This document shows, piece after piece, positions 18,866 to 29,022 of a stretch of DNA of 32,321 bases. Origin of the DNA: Sulfurimonadaceae bacterium (lineage in GTDB: Bacteria > Campylobacterota > Campylobacteria > Campylobacterales > Sulfurimonadaceae). Numbering within the stretch: the first letter of the stretch is position 1; the number at the start of each line of letters is the position of its first letter. The notes beneath the pieces were generated by a model. It saw only the letters and a program-made list of their open reading frames with translations, searched no databases and had not been told where the DNA came from. The DNA lies in the NCBI GenBank assembly GCA_041562555.1, contig JBFEXS010000015.1:1-32321 (forward strand), in the 5' to 3' direction. The position numbers and the translations under genes are program-made.

Positions 18866-19254
18866 AAAAAGTCATCATCCTCTTCGATGGGGTTTGCAAC
18901 TTCTGCAACGGAAGTGTGAATTTTATTATTACACATGATCCCCATGCACTATTTCGATTTGCACCTTTGCAGGGGGAGACAGCACGTGAATTATTAGAGC
19001 AGTATGGTGTTTCTTGTCATATGGACAGTTTTATTCTTATTAAAGCAGGCAGAGTCTATGACCGGTCTGATGCGGTGTTGGAAGTGCTAAAGGACTTGGA
19101 CGGTTATTGGTACCTTCTGGGGGTGTTGCGGTTTTTTCCCAAGAAGATTCGCAATGTATTTTATGACTTTTTTGCCCGTAGAAGATATGCTCTTTTTGGA
19201 AAGAGGGAGCAGTGCATGGTACCTACGGAAGAGATGTGTTTTCGTTTTTTGTGA
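18862..19254 (+). CDS. DCC1-like thiol-disulfide oxidoreductase (DUF393)
   Basis: FDGVCNFC (DxxCxxC), FAPLQ, RSDA, Y..FARRRYALFG..EQC motifs. Confidence 0.9.
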   Translation: MKKVIILFDGVCNFCNGSVNFIITHDPHALFRFAPLQGETARELLEQYGVSCHMDSFILIKAGRVYDRSDAVLEVLKDLDGYWYLLGVLRFFPKKIRNVFYDFFARRRYALFGKREQCMVPTEEMCFRFL

Positions 19255-19382
19255 AATCACCTTTCCCTGTTCGATATACCGAGTTTCCGATAGTTTTACC
19301 TCAAAGGAAACCTTGCACGTAAATATGATGCGACCTCATCTGTCCTTACGGAAATGACACTGATCTTTGGGGGATATACACA

Positions 19383-20006
19383 CTATATCAATCCCTCATC
19401 TTTGAGTACTTGTACGAAGGCTTCAGCCATCAACCTGTAACCTTTGGCATTGGGGTGGACACGGTCGCTCTTATACGCCGCTGTGTTTTCGATGATCCTC
19501 AGTACATCTCCCTCAAACAGGGTCCCCTCCTGTACTGCCACTTCTTCATAAAGCGGTTCCGTCGAAAATCGTACGAGTTTAAAGTCCGGCAGGCCGACTA
19601 GAAGGACCTGTGCACCCATCTCCTTACTCATACGTATCATGTCGACCAAATTGTTACGCAGTTGTTCTTTACTGCTTTGACGGATAAGATCATTTCCCCC
19701 ATGACAGATGATCACAAGTTGGGGTTTATGACGGACCAAGAGATCACGAAGGCGTAGTAAGCCCTGGGACGATGGTTCACCCGACAGACCCGCATTGACG
19801 ACCTTCCGTCCTATCATTTTTTCCAATTGGGAAGGATAACTTTGACCCGGAGCACCTTTTCCATACGTGAGGCTGTCACCAAAGGCTAGGATCAGTGCAT
19901 CTTCTGATAGTTTTTGCGTAGTAGGTTGTGGCCTGGTTCCGGTGTAGACCATACTCCCTATAATAACAAGGATACATACCAGCGCGATCAGATTGGTTTT
20001 AGACAT
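19383..20006 (-). CDS. SGNH/GDSL arylesterase (TesA-like)
   Basis: FGDSLT, NAGLSGE, GGND and DRVHPN blocks; N-terminal anchor. Confidence 0.92.
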   Translation of the reverse strand: MSKTNLIALVCILVIIGSMVYTGTRPQPTTQKLSEDALILAFGDSLTYGKGAPGQSYPSQLEKMIGRKVVNAGLSGEPSSQGLLRLRDLLVRHKPQLVIICHGGNDLIRQSSKEQLRNNLVDMIRMSKEMGAQVLLVGLPDFKLVRFSTEPLYEEVAVQEGTLFEGDVLRIIENTAAYKSDRVHPNAKGYRLMAEAFVQVLKDEGLI

Positions 20007-20009
20007 AGA

Positions 20010-20357
20010 TCAAAATTTATAAATAATATCTTTTTGTCCTGGCTGTTCGATCTGAATACCTCTGTTTGGCGCATAGACGATATCACCAGAGTCTTTTAGA
20101 AGAAGCTTAAGGACCTCCTGCTCTTTTCCCTTATACTCCAGCACTTCGATCCTGGTTTTATTATCGATGACACGACATTCATGGTTCATTAGCCACAATT
20201 CGACCTCTACTCCACCCTTATCGATGTTTTCCTTCTTGGCAAATTCTCTTAGTTCGAAGACCTTGTCTTTATCAGAACAGACGGCTATCGTCTTTTTCAC
20301 GTAATCTGCAGACAGTTCCAATCCTAAGAGCAGACTGATTATCCCTATATATTTCAC
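20010..20357 (-). CDS. Hypothetical exported protein
   Basis: Signal peptide, two Cys; GTG start after AAAGG; TGCTATAAT promoter at 20390-20398. Confidence 0.7.
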   Translation of the reverse strand: MKYIGIISLLLGLELSADYVKKTIAVCSDKDKVFELREFAKKENIDKGGVEVELWLMNHECRVIDNKTRIEVLEYKGKEQEVLKLLLKDSGDIVYAPNRGIQIEQPGQKDIIYKF

Positions 20358-20426
20358 TACTTAACCTTTTTCCGGTGATATTGATGAGGATTATAGCATG
20401 CTAAGCTCAACTAAGGAGTAGAAAGA

Positions 20427-21137
20427 TCACTTATCTGCAGGTAAGTTAAGGAGATAACCTCTTCCAGAAATATTCTGAATGAGGCTTGACAGACCTTTTT
20501 TACGAAGGTTCTTAATCAATGTACGCAAAGAAGCACTGCTTACTTCTGTATCACCCGGCCAAATATGCTTTTTGATATCGCTATAGCTTAAGAGTGTATT
20601 TTGATATTTTAACAGGTACTCAAGGAGCCTTGCCTCTTTTTTGTTTAGACTGACCTGCTCTCCCTTGTCTATCAGGGATTTAATATTCTCTTGGTATACG
20701 AGCGTGTCAGTCAAAACCACGGGTTCCTGCTCATTCTCCGGTCTGCACTTCTTCATGATCTTGCAAAAAGTGTTTTTCAACTCTTCAACAGAACTGGGAT
20801 GCAGCAGATATGCAGATACGTCTAGTTCGATGGCTTTTTGAAAGCAGGCAACATCCTCGCATATGCTTAAAATGACTACGGGCACGTCACTTTCAAGTTC
20901 TCTAAGACGCTGAAGCATACTTACGCCTTGTCGGTCTTGCATGCGTATATCTGTAAGGATGATCTCCGGGGCGAGCTTTGCCGATTGTGTCAATCCATCT
21001 TCCACATTAGCACTGACATAGACCTTGGCGCAGACCCCCTTGAGTAAGCGAGTATAAAAGAGTCGTCGTTCACTGTCATCTTCAATATAAAGTAAGGTAA
21101 TGTCTATAAGTTGATTATTGTCATAATACTTATTCAT
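20427..21137 (-). CDS. OmpR/PhoB-family response regulator (atypical receiver)
   Basis: LYIEDD and LTDIRM receiver motifs; winged-helix LRTLIKNLRKK...GRGY. Confidence 0.88.
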   Translation of the reverse strand: MNKYYDNNQLIDITLLYIEDDSERRLFYTRLLKGVCAKVYVSANVEDGLTQSAKLAPEIILTDIRMQDRQGVSMLQRLRELESDVPVVILSICEDVACFQKAIELDVSAYLLHPSSVEELKNTFCKIMKKCRPENEQEPVVLTDTLVYQENIKSLIDKGEQVSLNKKEARLLEYLLKYQNTLLSYSDIKKHIWPGDTEVSSASLRTLIKNLRKKGLSSLIQNISGRGYLLNLPADK

Positions 21138-21299
21138 TACTGTCCTTTATATATTAATTTCAATCATTAAATTTGAGATTAGTATAATCAATAAAAGTTT
21201 AAATAGCCATAAATCCATGGTATATATAGGCCTCCCCTGTCTAATGGCTTATTTACCCAACTTATGTTATTTTACGTCACTTATTTTTTTGGAGATTTT

Positions 21300-23006
21300 T
21301 TGAAAGAGACGTTTAAACGCTACAAGCCCTATTTTAAAGACTACTATTTTTATTATTTTTTGGTTGTGATCGGTATTCTAATGGCGGTCGGTGCGACGAT
21401 GGCGACAGCAGAGATCATGAAATGGCTAATCGATAAAATGTTTATTGAGAAAAAACCTTCCATGCTGATCCTGATCCCCCTGGGCCTTATCGGGATATAC
21501 ACCGTCAAAGCCGTCGGCTCATACATACAAACCGTTTTCATGCAGCTTATCGGCATCAATATTGTCACCCGTATACGCGAGGAACTTCTTCAAAAGATCA
21601 TCCAGATGGACATGGCTTTTTTATTTAAAAACAGAAGTGGTGAGCTGATCTCTAGAATCACCAATGATATCAACCGTATCCAATATTTCGTCTCCAATAT
21701 GCTGCCGGACCTTGTGCGTAATGGACTGACCGTCATTGGACTGGTAGGCTATGCCATCTTTCTAAATCCGATGCTTGCTTTCTATGCTCTTGTCGTCATG
21801 CCTATCGTCATCTATCCTTTGATCCTCATCACTAAACGTCTAAAACGCCTGTCACACCGTTCACAAGAAAAAAATGCCGATGTGGTCACCCGTTTGACCG
21901 AGGTCTTCAACAACAATGAGGTCATCAAGGCCAATGCAACGGAAGATTATGAGATGAAGCGTTTTTCTTCCGAAAACTGGCAGTTTTACAAATATACCAT
22001 GAAAAGTGTCTATACAAATGCCCTTATATCTCCCATCATGGAGATCATCGGAGCCAGTGGTCTGGCTGCCGTTATTTTCATGGGTGGGAAAGAGGTCTAT
22101 GCCGGTAACATGAGTCAGGGTGAGTTTGTCGCCTTTTTGACAGCGATCGGTCTTATCTTTGATCCAATTCGCCGTGTGAGCTCTATCTATGGAAAGATCC
22201 AGGACTCCATTGCGGCTACGGAACGTATCTTTCATATTTTTGATTATCAAAACAGCATCAACGATGGTGATAAAGTCCTAAAAGAGAATATCGACAGCAT
22301 CCGCTTCCAGCATGCAAGCTTGAAATATGACGAAAAGAGCGCTTTAAAAGACATCAATTTAGAGGTTCACAGTGGTCAGAACATCGCATTGGTCGGCGAC
22401 AGTGGCGGAGGGAAATCATCCCTTACCAATCTGTTACTGCGTTTTTATGACCTTAATGAAGGGAATCTGCTTATTAACGGAGAGGATATCCGCACATATA
22501 CGCAGGCGTCTTTGCGTGAACATATTTCTGTGGTTTCCCAACGCGTCTATATCTTTCAAGACACGCTGGCTGCCAATGTAGCCTACGGACAGGAAGTGGA
22601 TATCGATCGTGTCAATGAGGCCCTGAAACTTGCAGATGCACAGAATTTTGTCTCCAGCCTTGAAGAGGGAATATACACGCAGATGGACGAAGCCGGCAGC
22701 AATCTCTCCGGTGGACAACGACAGCGTATAGCTATTGCAAGAGCCATCTACAAACACGCTTCACTCCTTATCTTTGATGAAGCAACCTCGGCCCTTGATA
22801 ATGAAAGTGAAAAACGCATTCAAGATGCGATTGCAAGCTATACCAAGGATAAGATCACCTTTACAATCGCCCACAGACTCAGTACCGTCCAGGATGCCGA
22901 CCTGATTCTAGTCTTTAAGGATGGGGAGATCATCTCCAGAGGAACCCATCAGGAGCTTCTTGATAACTCGCCTGAATATCAACGTCTTGCGGGGGTCTTA
23001 GTATGA
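21300..23006 (+). CDS. msbA: Lipid A-core flippase-type ABC transporter (MsbA-like)
   Basis: TM domain plus GDSGGGKS, LSGGQRQR, DEATSALD; overlaps waaC. Probable TTG start at 21300 after GGAGA. Confidence 0.85.
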   Translation: MKETFKRYKPYFKDYYFYYFLVVIGILMAVGATMATAEIMKWLIDKMFIEKKPSMLILIPLGLIGIYTVKAVGSYIQTVFMQLIGINIVTRIREELLQKIIQMDMAFLFKNRSGELISRITNDINRIQYFVSNMLPDLVRNGLTVIGLVGYAIFLNPMLAFYALVVMPIVIYPLILITKRLKRLSHRSQEKNADVVTRLTEVFNNNEVIKANATEDYEMKRFSSENWQFYKYTMKSVYTNALISPIMEIIGASGLAAVIFMGGKEVYAGNMSQGEFVAFLTAIGLIFDPIRRVSSIYGKIQDSIAATERIFHIFDYQNSINDGDKVLKENIDSIRFQHASLKYDEKSALKDINLEVHSGQNIALVGDSGGGKSSLTNLLLRFYDLNEGNLLINGEDIRTYTQASLREHISVVSQRVYIFQDTLAANVAYGQEVDIDRVNEALKLADAQNFVSSLEEGIYTQMDEAGSNLSGGQRQRIAIARAIYKHASLLIFDEATSALDNESEKRIQDAIASYTKDKITFTIAHRLSTVQDADLILVFKDGEIISRGTHQELLDNSPEYQRLAGVLV

Positions 23007-24007
23007 GGATCGCTATTGTTCGTCTAAGTGCAATGGGTGATATCATTCACAGTGCTGTCGCTTTACAATTTATCAAACGCAAATATCCGCAAGCAGAGAT
23101 CGACTGGGTTGTCGAGAAGTCCATGGCTGCAGTCCTGGAGAACAACCCGGATATCCATCGTATTGTCCCTGTCGAACTGAAGAAGTTTAAAAAGAGTAAA
23201 AAACTATCAGACCTGCTGGCACAGATCAGGACCTTAAAGTCTCTGGACCCGTATGATTATGTTATCGACATGCAGGGATTGATCAAATCTGCCATCGCTA
23301 CGACCTTCATCAAAGGTAATTCGCACGGCTATGACAAAAACAGTATTCGAGAGGGTATCGCCTCATACCTCTATAAGTATACCTACACTCTGGCATATGA
23401 TATGAACACTATTGATCGCAATGTAGGACTTGTCTCTCAAGCCCTTGAGCTTGGATGTGATTCACAGGACATACATGAGAAGAAGCCCTTTCTCTTCTAC
23501 AAGGACGAAGACCCCGTCATCTATGAACATCTTTCCGATGAGAAAAAGAACATCGTCTTTGTCGTAGGGTCGACCTGGCCATCGCGCAATTACCCCAAAG
23601 AGCAATTTGTCGAACTTGCAAATGCCTTGAAAGAGAATATACTCGTCGTATGGGGGAGTGAAGAAGAACACCGGGATGCCCAATATATAGCCGAGCATTC
23701 CGACTTTGCTACGGTCATGCCAAGGGTCAATCTTAACAGCCTAAAAGCGCTTATCGACAAAAGTGACCTGCTCATAGGAAATGATACCGGTCCTACCCAC
23801 ATGGCCTGGGGCTTGAACAGGCCCTCCATCACTCTTTTCGGTCCAACACCGACATCACGTATCTATGTGACAGATATCAATAAACTATTAAAGTCCCCTT
23901 CGGTCGTAGATCCTTATAAACTCAATAAAAACGATTTTTCGATCAAAGAGATCAAGGTGGATGACATCTACAACATGGCACAGGAACTCCTTCATGACAC
24001 TCATTAA
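23003..24007 (+). CDS. waaC: Lipopolysaccharide heptosyltransferase I (GT9)
   Basis: VRLSAMGDIIH, DMQGLIKSA, GNDTGPTHMA motifs. Confidence 0.92.
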   Translation: MRIAIVRLSAMGDIIHSAVALQFIKRKYPQAEIDWVVEKSMAAVLENNPDIHRIVPVELKKFKKSKKLSDLLAQIRTLKSLDPYDYVIDMQGLIKSAIATTFIKGNSHGYDKNSIREGIASYLYKYTYTLAYDMNTIDRNVGLVSQALELGCDSQDIHEKKPFLFYKDEDPVIYEHLSDEKKNIVFVVGSTWPSRNYPKEQFVELANALKENILVVWGSEEEHRDAQYIAEHSDFATVMPRVNLNSLKALIDKSDLLIGNDTGPTHMAWGLNRPSITLFGPTPTSRIYVTDINKLLKSPSVVDPYKLNKNDFSIKEIKVDDIYNMAQELLHDTH

Positions 24008-25235
24008 AAAAGATCAGATCAACTTTCAAAAAGTCTATTACTTCTTAGTCCTTGCCTTCGCATTCAGTCTTCCTTTATCCAGAGCGGCCATCAGCTTTTT
24101 CACCATCATCTTTCCTTTGATCTGGATCATAGAAGGAAATTTCAAACAAAAGTTTTCCCTTATACAGAACTCTAAAGCACTTCTTCTTTTGGCGGCTTTT
24201 CTAGGCCTGATTTTTATGAGTATACTCTGGTCAAGCGATACCAAACTCGCACTCAAGACCATACGTATATCTGCCTATCTGCTCACTGTTTTTGTTCTTG
24301 CGACATCCATGAAACAAGAGTGGAGTGAAAAGGTCATTACCTTTTTTCTCTACGGAATGCTGATAAGCGAGATCTGTGCCTACACAATATTTTTTGACAT
24401 CTATCCGATCAATGGACGCTCTTCTGACTATCCAAGTCCCTTTATGCAGCATATTGACTATAGTGTCTTCCTCGCATTTGCTTCAATATTGCTATTACAT
24501 AGACTCTTTTCAAGCCATTACACATTAAAGGAAAAGTCCCTTATGGGTCTGTTCTTTCTCTCAGTGACCATCAATCTTTTTATTTCTATCGGAAGGACAG
24601 GACAACTGGCTTTCATCGTAGCTCTTTTAGTCAGTATCATCATCCACTTTAGACTTAGCCTAAAAGCACTCCTGCTGTTTCTCCTTCTTAGTATCGGGAC
24701 CTTCTTTACCGCATACAGCACTGTTGACAACTTTCAAAAACGTGTCCAGGCCGGTATAAATGATATTGAAAAAATCAAAAAAGGCAATCTGGAATCCTCA
24801 TGGGGGACCCGCATCGCGTATATGATTGTCTCCTACGACATCTTCTTAAGAGACCCGATATTGGGGGTAGGTGCCGGTAATAACTCTGTTGCCGTAAAAG
24901 AGAGTTTTCAACGAAAAGACTATGGTTTTTCCAAGGAGATGCAAGCCTTTATGGAGAAATTTCATCTTCATAATCAATATCTCATGATACTGGTACCCTA
25001 TGGCCTTGTTGGGCTGATTCTCTTCCTCAGTCTGTTTTATTACCTCCTGCGCCTGGATATCTCAAATAGGCATATAAAAGAGTTGTCTATTCTCTTTTTT
25101 ACTGTCTTTCTCGTCGGTTTTCTACCGGAACCGCTTCTAAGAAAGCAGTTTACTGTAGGTCTTTTCGTTCTTTTTTGCGGGATTTTCATCAATGCCAGCA
25201 TACAGACAAATCAGCATAGAGAAGGTGAAGATTAA
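23994..25235 (+). CDS. O-antigen ligase family (WaaL/Wzy_C) membrane protein
   Basis: Many TM helices, GRTG, SSWGTR, PILGVGAG, HLHNQY; start moved to ATG 23994 after AGGA. Confidence 0.85.
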   Translation: MTLIKKDQINFQKVYYFLVLAFAFSLPLSRAAISFFTIIFPLIWIIEGNFKQKFSLIQNSKALLLLAAFLGLIFMSILWSSDTKLALKTIRISAYLLTVFVLATSMKQEWSEKVITFFLYGMLISEICAYTIFFDIYPINGRSSDYPSPFMQHIDYSVFLAFASILLLHRLFSSHYTLKEKSLMGLFFLSVTINLFISIGRTGQLAFIVALLVSIIIHFRLSLKALLLFLLLSIGTFFTAYSTVDNFQKRVQAGINDIEKIKKGNLESSWGTRIAYMIVSYDIFLRDPILGVGAGNNSVAVKESFQRKDYGFSKEMQAFMEKFHLHNQYLMILVPYGLVGLILFLSLFYYLLRLDISNRHIKELSILFFTVFLVGFLPEPLLRKQFTVGLFVLFCGIFINASIQTNQHREGED

Positions 25236-25237
25236 AT

Positions 25238-25246
25238 TGCTATAAT
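25238..25246 (+). promoter_or_regulatory. Internal extended -10 (TGCTATAAT) upstream of the KpsS-like gene
   Basis: Perfect TGnTATAAT 30 nt before GTG 25277. Confidence 0.65.
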
Positions 25247-25276
25247 TTTCGTTCATTTTAAATCAAAGAAGATACT

Positions 25277-26386
25277 GTGAAGAATCAAGGCAAGATTTTA
25301 CTACTCGCATTTAGAAAAAGTCAAAAAGAGTTTTTTTCCCATATGCTTAAAGAAGAAGGCAGCGAAAACTTTTATCTCAAAGAGACAAGGAAATTGTTTC
25401 TTCCCTCATTTTCCTCTTTAAAGCATATCTTAAAACTCAATATTGGACCTGCCTGCGATTTTGCAGTCGATGAACTTATTGCCAAGACCTCTGTCCCATT
25501 TCCAAAAAGTGTTACCCGGTTTGTCTTTCAGCTTTTAGCCTATTTCACCTATGTACGCTACTACAAGCTTTTGGATCAGGGATGGGAAAAGATGTTGATC
25601 TGGAATGGTGGAAAGTTTCGACAACTTATTGCTATCGAAATCGCCAGACTCCTTGATATCAAAGTCATCTATTTCGAGAATGGCTTGCTTCCCAACCGCA
25701 TCGTCCTCGACACCAAGGGGATCAATTTCAATAACAGTGTTCCCCGGGAAAAAGCTTTTTTTGAGAACTATGAGAACAATAAAGAGCTGCCAACGCAATT
25801 GATACCACGTAAACCAAAACATCTTGAAAAGTTCACTGCAGACAAGATCGATTTACCTCAAAAATATATTTTTGTCCCTTTTCAAGTCGATTATGACACA
25901 CAGATCATTACCCAGTCCAAGTTTATCAAGAACATGCGGCACTTTTTCGATGTCATCGAAATTATTGCAAAAAACACCCCCTACCATTTTATACTCAAAG
26001 AGCACCCTAGCAGTGGTGTAAATTATCCCGATCTTCACAAACGTGCGGATGCTATCGATAATATCTCCTTTGCCAATGGATATGCGACTCAGGAGCTTAT
26101 TGAAAAAAGCTCCGCTGTCATGTGTGTCAACTCAACGGTCGGTATTGAGTCCCTGCTCTTTAAGAAACGGGTCATCGTCCTTGGAAGTGCCTTTTATGCG
26201 ATCGAAGGGATCACCTTTCCAGCACCTGATATGGAGACGCTGACAGCCTATTTTGAAGACTTTGATGCATTGAGCTTCAATGAGGTACTGGTGGAGAAGT
26301 TCTTGAAATACCTTTATTATGATTATCAGGTAGCCCGAGACGATGACATGTATAAAAACTTCGTAGCATTCATGCGTAAACATTAA
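25277..26386 (+). CDS. KpsS/LipB-like capsule-synthesis family glycosyltransferase (putative beta-Kdo transferase)
   Basis: WNG, FENGLLP, LDTKGIN, VPFQVDYDTQI, KEHP, NSTVGIESL motifs. Confidence 0.8.
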   Translation: MKNQGKILLLAFRKSQKEFFSHMLKEEGSENFYLKETRKLFLPSFSSLKHILKLNIGPACDFAVDELIAKTSVPFPKSVTRFVFQLLAYFTYVRYYKLLDQGWEKMLIWNGGKFRQLIAIEIARLLDIKVIYFENGLLPNRIVLDTKGINFNNSVPREKAFFENYENNKELPTQLIPRKPKHLEKFTADKIDLPQKYIFVPFQVDYDTQIITQSKFIKNMRHFFDVIEIIAKNTPYHFILKEHPSSGVNYPDLHKRADAIDNISFANGYATQELIEKSSAVMCVNSTVGIESLLFKKRVIVLGSAFYAIEGITFPAPDMETLTAYFEDFDALSFNEVLVEKFLKYLYYDYQVARDDDMYKNFVAFMRKH

Positions 26387-26407
26387 GATTTCAAAGAGGT
26401 ATATATC

Positions 26408-27151
26408 GTGAACCCTATTTCCGTCGTTATCATCGCCAAAGACGCCCAAGACACCATACGAGAGTGTCTAGAACATCTCACACGTTTTGATGAAGTACTG
26501 GTCTACCTGAACAACTCTACCGATCAAACAAAAACGATCTGTGAAAACTTTGATAATGTTTCCATTGTCGAAGGCGAGTTTATCGGCTTTGGACCCACCA
26601 AAAACAGAGCCGCAAGTTTTGCCAGACATGACTGGATACTCTCTCTGGACAGCGACGAGATTCTTGATGACACACTAATCGATGAAATCTTTAAACAAGA
26701 TTTTCAAGATATAAACAATCTGTTTATACTCGAACGTATCAATTACTTTCTGGGAAAACCGACCGTTTCCAATGACAAGATCGTAAGGATGTATAACAAA
26801 ACAAGAAACAGCCTCAATGACAATCAAGTCCATGAGAAGATCGAACCGGATGATCAAAACAATCTCATTGAGCTTAAAACAAAGTTCAAACACCTGAATA
26901 TCACCAACATCAATCAGACACTTTATAAAACGATCAAATACACAGACCTTGCCTCCGAAAATAAAAAGATGTGTTTTTTCTCTCTGGTCATTGCCAAAGC
27001 CACATTCGCATTCTTGCACACCTACTTTATCAAAGGGTATATGATCAACGGATGGGCAGGTTTCACCGTAGCAATCACCCTTGCCAACCGACGCTTCTAT
27101 AAATACCTAAAGATGTTTATCAACTGTCAAAAGGCAAAACGTGAAGTATGA
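26408..27151 (+). CDS. Glycosyltransferase family 2 (WaaE/KdtX-like)
   Basis: ISVVIIAKD, FIGFGPTKN, WILSLDSDE, VHE motifs. Confidence 0.88.
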   Translation: MNPISVVIIAKDAQDTIRECLEHLTRFDEVLVYLNNSTDQTKTICENFDNVSIVEGEFIGFGPTKNRAASFARHDWILSLDSDEILDDTLIDEIFKQDFQDINNLFILERINYFLGKPTVSNDKIVRMYNKTRNSLNDNQVHEKIEPDDQNNLIELKTKFKHLNITNINQTLYKTIKYTDLASENKKMCFFSLVIAKATFAFLHTYFIKGYMINGWAGFTVAITLANRRFYKYLKMFINCQKAKREV

Positions 27152-27893
27152 CGTCATCTCTCCCGAGTTTCAGGAGTTTGTCCGTAATATAAAGAACTAT
27201 TTTGAAGCGGATGAGAGTGAAACCGTCTTCAAGCAACGCAACACCATTAAAGCGCTTGAGTTTAAAGATAAGAAATATGCCGTCAAGTCCTTCAAGGTCC
27301 CGCATCTTCTCAACAGGTTTATCTACAAGTTCTTTCGTGATTCCAAGGCCAAACGTTCCTATACCAATTCAGTCCGCCTTGAAGAACTAGGAGTCAACAC
27401 ACCTTCACCTATAGGTTATGTTGAGTTCAGTACGCTCTTTCTTTTTGGTGAGAGTTATTATATCAGTGAGTTTTTTGATTATGATTTTGAATTGCGGGAA
27501 CTCGTTGACAATGATCGCTTTGAGAATAGAGAGGCGATTATCAGAGAGTTCATTTCCTTTAGCTATGATCTGCATAACAAGGGAGTGTACCATGTTGACT
27601 ACTCTTCGGGAAATATTATTATCAAAGTGGTCGAAGGCCGGTATGCTTTCTATCTGATCGATGTGAACCGTATGGAGTTTAAAGAACTTGACACCGATCT
27701 ACGTATGAAAAACCTGGCAAAGCTATCTCCCCATGCCGACTTTAACGCTATCATGGTAGATGAATATGCCAAGATAAGCGGTCTATCCAAAGAGATCCTG
27801 CAGAAGAAGCTGGATTATTATCTTGATAAGCAACAGGAGTATTTACAACGTAAACGTCGGCTCAAACAGCTGAAGAAGTCCCTCTTTTCCTAA
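27141..27893 (+). CDS. LPS kinase (Kdo/WaaP/InaA family)
   Basis: AVKSFK, SKAKRSY, GVNTP, HVDYSSGNI, LIDVNR kinase-like motifs. Confidence 0.85.
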   Translation: MKYDVISPEFQEFVRNIKNYFEADESETVFKQRNTIKALEFKDKKYAVKSFKVPHLLNRFIYKFFRDSKAKRSYTNSVRLEELGVNTPSPIGYVEFSTLFLFGESYYISEFFDYDFELRELVDNDRFENREAIIREFISFSYDLHNKGVYHVDYSSGNIIIKVVEGRYAFYLIDVNRMEFKELDTDLRMKNLAKLSPHADFNAIMVDEYAKISGLSKEILQKKLDYYLDKQQEYLQRKRRLKQLKKSLFS

Positions 27894-28945
27894 AAGAACT
27901 TCCAGTAACCAAGCTCTTTCCGCAGTTTAAGATTTCGGATCAGATTCAAAGGTTTCTTCTTTGGTGGTCTGTTTTCACCATTGAGCATTTTTTCAACCGC
28001 TTCCAGGACACGTTCACTTGACTTCCCGTCATTATACGGATGGATCTGTTTCACACTGCTTTCAATAATCTCTTTATTGATATCCGGATTATCCAATGTC
28101 TCCAGTATCTTGTCTTCAAGTTGATCTATATCGTTGACGCAAACCATAAAGGGCTCTTCTTTTTGCGTTTGAAAGGTTATCACAGGCTTAAGCTGCATCA
28201 AAAACTCAGAGAGAATCGACGAAGTGTCACATAACATGATATCTGCCTGTTTGAAGTATTCGATCACATCGGTTGATTCGACAAAGGTGACATTATCAAG
28301 ATCAATGGATTTGTATAGTCCTACCGTTTCCCTGTCCATTTTCGGATGCAGTGTTACATACCAGTCAATATCATACTTTTTCATCATCTCAAATAGGATC
28401 GGATACAGGAGTTTTGCTTTGGTGTATTTGGGACTGAAGGTCGAGGCAAAAAAGACGGACTTCTTTTTGGATGGGTCCCTTGGAGTGAGTGGGAACAAAG
28501 GGTCCAGTTTTGGCCATCCGGTCTCTTCTACATGAAAATACCCCAATTCTTTGGATAAGGCTTTAAATGTTGGTGTACAACTTGGTCCATAACTACAATA
28601 CAGATCAAACATCCCACGCATAATAAAATGATACTGTTGACCGCTTTTAGTGAACTTGTTACTTGGTAACCCGTGCAAGGTCGTCACTTTAAGCCCCGGT
28701 ATAAACGATGGGACTACATTCCCCGGAACAAATACAGCTTCCGGGTTATACGCAACTACCTCATCTATACTTTCCAAACGCTCTTCTTCATCCTTAAGAA
28801 ACTCGACAGTGATTTCATCTCCGTACAAGAACCATTTGACCTCACTTCCCTGTTCCAGAATTGCCTTTTGAAGAGGTCTGAGAATAGGAAAACTATAATC
28901 CTGTGAGATAAAGAACAGATACCTTCTTTTTTTCTTTTCATCCAT
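27890..28945 (-). CDS. CDP-glycerol glycerophosphotransferase (TagB/TagF) family protein
   Basis: LHG, TGWPKLD, ASTF, LHP, DTSSILSEF, DGKSSERV motifs; probable ATG at 28945. Confidence 0.85.
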   Translation of the reverse strand: MDEKKKRRYLFFISQDYSFPILRPLQKAILEQGSEVKWFLYGDEITVEFLKDEEERLESIDEVVAYNPEAVFVPGNVVPSFIPGLKVTTLHGLPSNKFTKSGQQYHFIMRGMFDLYCSYGPSCTPTFKALSKELGYFHVEETGWPKLDPLFPLTPRDPSKKKSVFFASTFSPKYTKAKLLYPILFEMMKKYDIDWYVTLHPKMDRETVGLYKSIDLDNVTFVESTDVIEYFKQADIMLCDTSSILSEFLMQLKPVITFQTQKEEPFMVCVNDIDQLEDKILETLDNPDINKEIIESSVKQIHPYNDGKSSERVLEAVEKMLNGENRPPKKKPLNLIRNLKLRKELGYWKFF

Positions 28946-29022
28946 ATATAAACAAGCACCTTTTATAGAAGTTTTCAATTAGAGTTTGATATTATATCAT
29001 CCAATATGACAAAGGAAGTACC

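Noticed and set aside
19255..19382. Spacer between the convergent DCC and arylesterase genes as a possible gene remnant
   Set aside because: No recognisable protein motif or strong structure found by eye.
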